From positions 113,470 through 133,469 of the forward strand of contig JAVECO010000046.1 in NCBI GenBank assembly GCA_051942205.1: a stretch of DNA of 20,000 bases, written 5' to 3'. Every line of letters begins with the position of its first letter. The first letter of the stretch is position 1. This DNA comes from Coniocarpon cinnabarinum. Taxonomy: Eukaryota. The translations under genes were made by a program, and so were the position numbers. The notes beneath the pieces are model-generated. The model saw only the letters and a list, made by a program, of their open reading frames with translations, was not told the origin of the DNA and made no database searches. Positions 11,962-20,000 of this stretch are shown in pieces.

Positions 11962-12396
11962 CTATCCTGAATGAGAAGTGCTCGTTCGTGGTTGGAATTT
12001 ATGTGCGTTTGGCCTTGTACCAATTGTGCCACTATGTGTGGCCGGCCAGCGCATAGCCGTCGAGGCTACCCAGACGGACCTTTCCAGGACAACGATTAGA
12101 CGGCATTCCTCGATGTGCAAGTGTCTTACGTTGCCCACATAGAAGGCATTGAGCGTCTTATGAGCGAATCGAAGCCAGCTCGAATGATTCGGAAAGAGTT
12201 GACATGCAATCGAAATCGTGTTCGCACCGAGCCTGTCAGATTCCTCGATGATGCGCGAAAACGTGGGGAGGCTACGCTCTAGCACTCGAACGCCTGGGTC
12301 GCCTACCTCATTGAAAAAGATGACAACTATTCGATGATCAGCTACCCCGACGGCGCTCAAACAGTATTGTGTGCAATGGCTGCATTTCCAAGGCAC
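11962..12396 (-). CDS. Possible exon or relic of an unknown gene
   Basis: 144 stop-free codons with globular-looking composition and WKCSHC..C...H at the start. There is no ATG start, and I could not build a convincing upstream exon. Confidence 0.2.
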   Translation of the reverse strand: MPWKCSHCTQYCLSAVGVADHRIVVIFFNEVGDPGVRVLERSLPTFSRIIEESDRLGANTISIACQLFPNHSSWLRFAHKTLNAFYVGNVRHLHIEECRLIVVLERSVWVASTAMRWPATHSGTIGTRPNAHKFQPRTSTSHSG

Positions 12397-13913
12397 ACAA
12401 CATGAGGTCAGCTTCAGACAGGTTCCGCGGCGTCTCCGAGCATAAACGAGTTCATCGAGAACACTCGTTCAGGGTGGAACTTGTCCAACGGCCTCTCTAT
12501 CTGGGACCCCACGGCCTGATGGATTAACAGGCAAGGGGATACGTGTAGACGCAGAAGGACGGTGGTCGACGCAGCCTAACTTAACACGCCAGCCAAGGCT
12601 CGGGCTGTTGAATTCCCTGCACGTCCTCGAGGTCGAGTGAATCAGCCCCATCCTCCAAATTCTTCACGTCCTGTTAACGCCTCCGCGTCAGTCTTTGGTC
12701 CCGAAAGAAATGACACGGAGAGTTGCCAGCAGCATGTACGGGTAGACGTTTCAGCTTGTGTTACTCGATACGCTCAAGTCCCTTTGAAGTGTTTGGCAAA
12801 CCAGAACGGCGCACAGTATAGCTCTGCGAGGACGTCTCACATCGCCTCATACAAGACATCAAGGCAGAGCTTAAGAGGATGGAGGAGATTGTAGAGGCCT
12901 GCAAGCGCAGCCTAAGCCAAATCGGTGATCAAGCACTGTTGGGACTTTCTCGTCGTTCGGACTAATGCAGCGATAGCAGAGTGTCTAGTCTGCTAGGAAT
13001 TCAAGCGGATGAGAAGTACGAGCTCACATGCGACGGCGTCTGAAGGGGGTAGCGTATCTCTAAGCCTCTGGGCTTATAGTTTTCCTTGAATACGTAGAAT
13101 CTATGTATTTCATCAATATCATTTCTCTTGAAAGTGTTGCAATGGACTAGGTATTTTGGTTTTGAAGAGTAGTTCTGCAACGTGTCTTTCTACCCAATCA
13201 AGTCTTCGCATACGTCGTTTTCTTGCGTGCAGTATCGTTCTCGCTGCATAGTCAACGGTAGTCTCGTTCAATGAGAAAGCATTTTCGTATCGGCTGAAGC
13301 TATAGACGACCTGTAAGTCACCTTCTGATTATCTAATAAAAACAAGACTGTTGCTGTGCAAAGTCGGTAAGGATCAAAGGGTCCCAACTTTCCGACATAC
13401 TAGCTATTGCTATGATAGCAGCAATCTGTCCTGCGTCAGTACAAAAACACAGAGGGTTGATCTTTGAGCTATCTTGTTGGCACGTAGATGTCGTGGATCT
13501 TCACAGAAATAGTTGCAAAACTCGTAATAAGCGACAAGAGAGGTCAACTTGTCGGCTTTACTGGCAGGATACCGAGTAACTTACGAGAGAGTGAGGGAAG
13601 CGCGGGAGCCTTAGTATCGACAATCACATGCAAATATTTAAACAGCACCTCAATCTCTTAGCGTATTTCTTACCTCTGCACTACAACGTTGTCTTCTACA
13701 TTGCCTTTACGTATAAAGTCGATCTCTAGTAGCTTCTCATCTCTTTTCCCTTCTTTTACACCAGTGTGAGCTCTCTTTCTTTCGAGATTAAGCTCTATCG
13801 TACTTACACTCCTTCGTTGGCTTTGAAAAGCTTAAGACTTGATCCAATTCGTCTTTGATAGCCGGCATTGGCCGTTATTGAGAGCCACTCACTATAGCCT
13901 ACACTTGATCACG

Positions 13914-15592
13914 ATGGCAAGTGACGACGAATCCACTCCTCCTTTTATTATCACGGATCATCCCTCGCGCTTTGTGGGTGATACCCTGCAGCTCAAGGCA
14001 TTACCATACTACACTGAAGGAGAAAGATTCGTTCACGTTAAGAAAACGTCACGCAACCATGTTAAAAACAAACTCACCCTGAGTGGATTTGTGCTTATCC
14101 GCACCACACGATCGAACCAGTTTCTCCTAGATCAGCTCAATGAAGTTTTTATAGAAGCCCGTGGAGTGGCCCCCGGGGTCACAGAACTTCGAAACGCCCC
14201 TTCTCTGGCATATGAAGATTTTGACTTTGAGAAACACATTCAGCTGGACGCGAATGGCGAGGCTATCAAACGCGAGCTTTATTTCACTAGTGAGGTTCTG
14301 CCAAAGCGAGCTCCATCACCGGACCTCCAGATCCTGAGAGATTATGAGGCTCAAAAAAGATACGAAAGAGATCGCGGGCCTCTGACATGCCGGTGGTTCA
14401 GATTGACTGACGGCTGGACGGAAAGAGGCAAGGGACAGGTCCCCCGTTCGGGGATGTTGAGGCGGCTAGAAGCCAGCGATGTCGAGGTTTTCTCCCGTGA
14501 TATGAAGGATAAGAGACGGATGCCGTGTCCGAAGCCGTTTCAAGTTTTTGAAGAATATCGTGGATCGCTACCTCGGTCTGAACACTTTACTCTGCTCGAT
14601 GGGTTTCATGGTGGGGGTCTTGCGCTGGGGGCAATACGCGCTGGTGTCTCGGTGAAAGCGGCGTTTGACAACGATTTAGCCGCCTCTTTGACGTATCGGG
14701 AGAACATCCCGGGTGCACAAGTCCATCGCATGGATGTCCTTGATTTCGTTAAATATGCCAACGAAAACCCAGACGAAGTTCGTGCAGACATATTGCACGT
14801 CTCACCGCCTAGCCAAGCATTTGCATACCAGAATCCTCAAGCAGGGCATCGAGATCCAAATTCCGCGCAAGGCAAACGCGACGAGGATAACCAAGCTGCT
14901 TCACTAGCGATTTCCGCTCTTGTGCAGGTAAGCAACCCAAGAGTCGTTACCATGGAGCAAACGCCGGGAATTCTGAGTTTGGACAAGAACAAATTCTTTT
15001 GCGAAATCATGAGAAGCCTTACTCAGCTGGGCTTTAGCGTTGAGTGGTGCGTGCGGGACCTGGCTCTCGATGGGCATGTCCAGCACCGACATCGCCTCTT
15101 ATTAATCGCGTATTGTCCAGGTGAGACAATCAGACCGTTTCCGGACCCAACCCATGGGACTGAAAATCGACCCCACACGACTATTGAAGATTGCATTCCT
15201 GGGATCGACGGGACGTTTCCGGACCATGATGTCAATTTCAATAATTTGAAGCCTTCTGCGGCCCGTCGTGGCCGCCAAATGCTGCAGAATCTTGTTGATT
15301 GCAAAGGCACAGAGGACAGTCTCTGGGATCAGGATCCTAAAAAAACGACAGACGATTCACATGCCGTGAACTTGCTAGTTTTATGACGAATAATCAGCAC
15401 TTTCGTTTCCCACAGATCACAAACACCGCGAAGAAGAGAATTATCGGAAATATGGTCCCTTCTTGCGCAGCAGAAAACTTGTTCAGAACGGTACTTGAAG
15501 GACTCCGAGATACTGGTCGAAATTTGAAAATGGCGAAGGAAGGGTTCCAGACTCAAAATACTTTAATTGATTTGACCATGGAGGACTCTTGA
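13914..15592 (+). CDS. rid: RID/Masc1/DmtA-family C5 cytosine methyltransferase homolog with catalytic Cys>Ser and a 1-nt frameshift at 15339-15345 (about 559 aa if repaired; possibly a pseudogene)
   Basis: ATG at 13914. Family-type N-terminal domain (GDTLQL...LSGFVLIR...LNEVF; LTCRW). Motif I FTLLDGFHGGG, II AAFD, IV ADILHVSPPSQ, VI PRVVTMEQTPGI (EQT is RID-type, versus ENV in other C5 MTases), GFSVEW, VIII QHRHRLLLIAYCPGE..FPDPTH. Motifs IX RRFTCRELA and X IIGNMVP lie in the next frame, which ends at TGA 15590-15592. Confidence 0.9.
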
Positions 15593-16358
15593 AGTTGTCT
15601 GAAGTCGAAGAAGACTCGATCCCTTCTTGGAGGTGGGGAAAGCCTGTAGATGGCTATGCGGGACGTTGACTGTAAAGAGACGCGTGGCTCGAAGACATAT
15701 TTTGGGCATGACAATGTCATTCAGATTGATTCCAGATGCGCTCTGTAAGCACGACTGGTCCTCCTCACGTGGAGCGCATCGTAGATTTGGTGCGTAGCGC
15801 ATGACAAGAAAGCCAGAGCATTATGCCTTGATCTGTGCTTTCGATCAGTAATCTTACCGGCAGGTCCACGGAGCGCAGAACGAGTACGCAAAGTATGATC
15901 AGAGATCTTGGTGATTGTGAAATTTCATCGATTCCTTTGGAATGCTCAACTACATTTCTAGCGTTTTATGCATCATTTTGCAAGGGCATTGTTCACGAAC
16001 GAAAAGCTTAAAATTGTACTCACTTGGGGGCCTGACGTCCAGACCTGGAAATTTCGGTCCTTGCCACCAGCTTCTCTTTTTTGGTTCTCTTCTTTTCTTC
16101 TTTTTTTGAGCTAAATACACACGAGCCCTGTTGAACGTTAGTGATAGGCACTCTCCAGTGACAGAACTAACTAGCATCAAAACGAATCCACAGTTGTTCA
16201 GAAAGTGTAAGAAATGACGGTCATTTCGACAGCGCCGTTGAGAGATCTAGGCGTTGACCTCCGGTCACTGTCGTCCCTCGCAAATTATGTCCTCATTTGA
16301 GTACGAAGGTAAAGGAAACAATGAGTGCTCACCTGGTTATTTGAAGTCCCTGAAGAGT

Positions 16359-16793
16359 TCATCTCTTTAGCGACTCCACGTAATGTCCTGATACCCTTTG
16401 ACTGCCTGTGGACATTCTCTTAGTCTCGTGGGCGATTCTCTGGCTACCACTCGATCGTTTCGATCTTTGGCTGCCTTTGCTTCCTCGCCTCTTCAGCTTC
16501 TCATTGTTCTTCAACTTCATCACTTCTCGCTCACTGGCTCCGCCATTGAGCACTCTTGGACTGGAAATGAATGTTTTCTCCCCTCCTGGATATTTTCCAT
16601 TCTTGACTTTTCTCTTGCGGTGAAAATACACACAGCTCATGTAGAATCCATGAATGTGGGAAGGAATCACAGCAAGAATGAAGAGAAAGCAATTCAGAAG
16701 GACGTCAGTCCCTATCTCATCGGTGAGGCAGAAGACGGCGATGGGAGGCATGAGAAGGTTGAGGATAAAGATTCCAATCCGGGACAGCACCAT
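16359..16793 (-). CDS. Pmp3/YqaE (UPF0057)-like small membrane protein with basic C-terminal extension, 144 aa
   Basis: ATG at 16793: MVLSRIGIFILNLLMPPIAVFCL..GTDVLLNCFLFILAVIPSHIHGFY matches the Pmp3 pattern 'i.aillPPlaV....g.dvliN.lL.lL..iP..iHa.y'. It is followed by YFHRKRKVKNGKYPGG. Confidence 0.8.
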   Translation of the reverse strand: MVLSRIGIFILNLLMPPIAVFCLTDEIGTDVLLNCFLFILAVIPSHIHGFYMSCVYFHRKRKVKNGKYPGGEKTFISSPRVLNGGASEREVMKLKNNEKLKRRGSKGSQRSKRSSGSQRIAHETKRMSTGSQRVSGHYVESLKR

Positions 16794-17893
16794 GATCGAA
16801 CACGTATGGGACCAACAGGATTGGTGCAAGACGCGTGGGTGTCGAGGTTTGCAGCGGGTAAGAGCGTATCCGAAGTCGAATACGTGGGTGAGTAGGTGGG
16901 CCAGAGGGTGAAGATTGCTGGATAGAGCAGCTGGGAGTGGGAGGAGATGAAGTAATCACATTATCTGCCGCGGCGGCAGAGGCCCCGAACAATACCGTGG
17001 AGAGGCGGGAGAAACATTGGAGGGCATCGTCAATGGATGACTAGGGTGCTTGCCAACTTGTCGTGCACGCCAACTATAAAATGATTAAGCGTGGGCGGGT
17101 CTCGATCGAGTGAAGAAAATGACGTCTTCAACCCTAACCCTATTTCCGCCCAGCCGGATAACCGTGGCTGTGGAGGCTGCGTGGCTGTGCAACATATTCA
17201 TGTTTTTAAACACTTGCCCACAAAAAAGAACTTGACACACTTCTAGACATCACCGTACTACGAAGCACAAAAATTAAAATTTCTCTACAAATATCGCGTC
17301 TTTTTAGTATAAACTTAAATAGTTTAATTCTTCTTATTAAGCTTTATTATCTAATAGTAATACTACTATTACTAAAACTTTTATACTAGCTATATTATTA
17401 TTTAAGTAGCTAAAGCCTTTAAATATAGTATTCTAAAAAATAAATATATTTTTTATATATACTATATACTTAAATATATAGCTTTAAAAGCTTATTTATA
17501 CTACTAAGTAATACTAAAAAAATAATATATCTATTTAGTTTATATACTAGCTTATATAATTAAGTAAAACGCTACTTATAGTATTAAAAAAAAAGCTATA
17601 AATAACTAGTATCTTTATTAAATTAAATATACTTTTAGGTTATACTAAGTACTTTTATAGTATTAAGGCTACTATTAGTTATAATATTATAGCTACTACT
17701 ATAGTTAGTATAAGTATAAGTAAGGCTAATAAAGCTATACTTAAAAAGACTCTTTAGTTTAGCTTTAAAAAGTTAATTAAGGCTACTATCTACTAAATAA
17801 GTATCTTTTAGTTATAAATACTTTTTATAATAAAAAGAATTTTTAAGAGTATATAAAACTATATAAAAGGCTTTAGCTAAAAAAAGACTATAG

Positions 17894-18591
17894 TGTAACG
17901 CCTCTATAGAGGGCCTAACACCTTAAGTAGTTAAGGGGGCGTAGGGCTGTCCTAGAGCTAAGAACCTTTGCTATAGAAGAATATAATAGAAAATAATATA
18001 AAGGAATAAAGATAGCAAGAGCTATAAAGAAGAGTAACTAGCGTACTACTATAGCAAAGGTTGCTTTATCTAATAGTAGTAGTACTATTTAAGAAAGTAA
18101 AGTATACTATAAACTAGTAAGTAATTAGTTTAGTAGTTTATAACTTATAAGTTAGGTTAATTTTAAATTTAAATAATATTAAGCCTAAAAGAAGAGTAGG
18201 CTTGCTATTAGGCTATATAGACTAAGATATAAATAAATATATTCTTTCTCTATCCCCTCTATTGCCTCTATTATATAGAAGCGATAGAGCTAATAGGAGC
18301 CTATATAATCTTTATATATATAGTCCTATAGATAAACGCGTCCTAATATATTAGGGTTATAATATATTAGTATAGTTTTATATAGATATACGTAACCTAT
18401 ATACTACTAATAAGGTATAGCGTAATATTAGCTTCTTTATAGGTTATTTGTCTTAAATAACTAAAGCGTAGTATATAAATAGTAGTTACTATTCTATCTA
18501 TTTTAGTAAGCTATTATACCTTCTTATAGAAATACTACTAATAGTATTATATAAAGTAGTTATATATTAAAAGTTACTAAAAGTTCTTATA
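17894..18591 (-). repeat. Probable 3' LTR (about 698 bp) with polypurine tract at about 18594-18605
   Basis: The minus strand reads ...TTAAGAATACTAGAAGAAAGAGGTT|TATAAG (TGTAAG before RIP) ... GCGTTACA, giving TGTAA..TTACA termini with a PPT directly upstream. Alternative inner boundaries (18361, 18241) fit less well. The second LTR is outside the window. Confidence 0.6.
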
Positions 18592-20000
18592 AACCTCTTT
18601 CTTCTAGTATTCTTAAATATACTCTAAAAAGGTCTTAGTAAACTAGTAAACTAATTATAAATAATATACCTCTATACTTAAACTATAAGTTAAAGAACTA
18701 GTTCTACTAGTATATAGCTTATAAAGCTATATATAAGCCTTATAAAAATAGTTACCTAAAGTATAATATTTATACAATAGATATAGATAGTAAGTATACT
18801 AATTCTTATATTATTAGTTCTAGTTTCTAATATATTCTATAGTAAATTTTTTAGCTACTTATTAAGATAAGATTACTAAATAGTATTAAGATCTTAAAGA
18901 GAAGAAGAGGCTAAAAGATAAGCGTTATACTTAATAGAAGCTTAATTTACTTTATTAAAAGAATATATTAGATTATAAGTAGTCTAATCTTAATAGAGAT
19001 AGTATAAGTTATATAAGGTATAACTATCTATTAGAAATTAAGAAAAATTTTACTTATTAGAAAGGAGTTAGTTAGGTGTCTAGTAGTAGCCTTAGTTTTA
19101 TAGTAAAAGGTACTACTATTAGAGATTTAAATACTATAATTAATAATAGTATAACTTCTTCTAGTAGTAGGTTAAGTTCTTAATTAGTTTTTATATATTT
19201 TTCTTATTATTGTATTCTTTTTATTTAATAAGGTATTCTTATCTTTTTTAAAATTACTAGTAATTAAGTATAGCTTTAACTTTATACTTAGGTTCTTATA
19301 ATTCTTTATAAATTAATACTAGTTCTATTATTTTTAGATTTATAGTAGGTTCTAGTAATAAGATATAAAATATAGAGTATATTTTTATAGTATCTAGTAG
19401 TTATAACTTATATATTATAGGTCTAAGTTTCTTTAAAATTTTAAATAGTCTAAGTTTTATAAAGTCTAGTTTATTGCTTAGCTATTTTATTTTAATATTC
19501 TTTCTTTATAGGTAGATAATATCCCCTTTCTTTAGATCTAGACTCTTAGATTTATACTTATTAGTATAGTAGGTTATTCTTTAGCGTAAAAAGTTATATT
19601 CTATATATAGAATCTAGTATAAATCTTAAAGTTAATAGTATAATACTTTAGCTTAAGCGGCTAAGTTTTTTTCTATAATAGATCTATATTTAAGTTCTAA
19701 GTTTAGTTTATAATTTATAAAGAATAGAGTTTTTTTAGTTAGTTATAAGTAACTTAAATTATATATAAACTATACTAATAGTAAAAGTAACACCTAATTA
19801 TTTTATTAATAATTAATATATTTTTTAAGAAATTCTTTTAGCGTTTAGTTTATTTATTTAGTTTAGCTATCTATTTATAGATAAAATAAAGTATTAAGTT
19901 TTTTTTTAATTTTTATAAGTAATATAAGTAATCTCTAAAAGTATAATATAAATAGCTTATTATAATCTAAAATTATCTATTTTAGCGCGCTATATTATAA
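17894..20000 (-). mobile_element. RIP-inactivated Ty3/gypsy chromovirus, 3' half (integrase core end, GPY/F domain, chromodomain, PPT, 3' LTR)
   Basis: Minus-strand translation. About 19830-19900: KLNTLFYL*IDS*TK*IN*TLKEFL, which de-RIPs to KLSTSFHPQTDGQTERMNQTLEEFL. About 19340-19540: LKKGDIIYL*RKNIKIK*LSNKLDFIKLRLFKILKKLRPIIYKL*LLDTIKIYSIFYILLLEP, equivalent to ..RPSNKLD..LGPF....YKL.LP....H..FH.SLLEP. About 19160-19295: chromodomain. The differences are C>T/G>A transitions. Confidence 0.93.

Larger units (their letters stand above)
17270..20000. repeat. AT-rich, RIP-mutated repeat block
   Basis: Abrupt switch to very AT-rich DNA, with TpA in strong excess, CpA/TpG nearly absent and no ORFs in any frame. 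This is the classic signature of repeat-induced point mutation. Confidence 0.97.

Noticed and set aside
13839..13913. TTG-started N-terminal extension of the 515-aa ORF
   Set aside because: Eukaryotic locus; the first ATG at 13914 (ACGATGG, good context) is the likely start.
15383..15592. 69-aa ORF as an independent gene
   Set aside because: It carries motif X and is preceded in frame by motif IX, so it is the frameshifted C-terminus of the RID homolog.
16398..16895. 165-aa plus-strand ORF and other ORFs overlapping called genes (e.g. 2716-3099, 3243-3662, 5352-5747, 7542-7856)
   Set aside because: Antisense or off-frame shadows of better-supported CDSs.
17130..17142. AACCCTAACCCTA telomere-like motif near the AT-rich boundary
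   Set aside because: Only two units; compatible with chance or a promoter telo-box, not a telomere remnant.
18241..18361. Alternative LTR boundaries at 18241 (pyrimidine tract follows) or 18361 (GTTATA)
   Set aside because: Each has only a terminus match or a PPT. Position 18591 has both, so it is preferred but unproven.
17270..20000. Mitochondrial insertion (NUMT) or contaminant as the source of the AT-rich block
   Set aside because: Specific CpA/TpG depletion and recoverable gypsy integrase and chromodomain motifs show it is RIP-ed transposon DNA.
1..20000. CRISPR arrays, tRNA/rRNA genes, prokaryotic defence operons
   Set aside because: No repeat-spacer array or recognisable structural RNA was seen. 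The DNA is intron-containing fungal sequence, and the MTase is RID-type rather than part of a restriction-modification system.

Overview
Filamentous-ascomycete (Pezizomycotina-type) nuclear DNA with short GT-AG introns, in four zones. (1) 1-7953 is a dense gene block: 5' part of an elf1/NEW1-type eEF3-family ATPase, a small basic protein with a bacterial RnpA-like motif, a DUF1772/anthrone-oxygenase-family gene, an LtrA-family membrane protein and ribosomal protein eL14. (2) About 8.3-13.8 kb has no confidently recognisable gene but holds a decayed copia-like gag fragment and a few weak ORFs. (3) 13914-16793 has a RID/Masc1-family C5 cytosine methyltransferase homolog and a Pmp3/YqaE-like membrane protein. 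(4) From about 17270 to the end is an extremely AT-rich, RIP-mutated block containing the 3' half of a minus-strand Ty3/gypsy chromovirus (integrase, GPY/F, chromodomain, PPT, 3' LTR) next to another, unclassified RIP-ed sequence. The standout is the RID-like gene: its catalytic Cys is replaced by Ser (SPPSQ), motifs IX-X are separated by a 1-nt frameshift in an A7 run, it ends in a SIM-like LIDLT+acidic tail, and it lies about 1.7 kb from heavily RIP-ed DNA. It is either a DNMT3L-like pseudo-enzyme or a decaying RIP gene. All family calls come from motif recognition by eye; no database searches were run.
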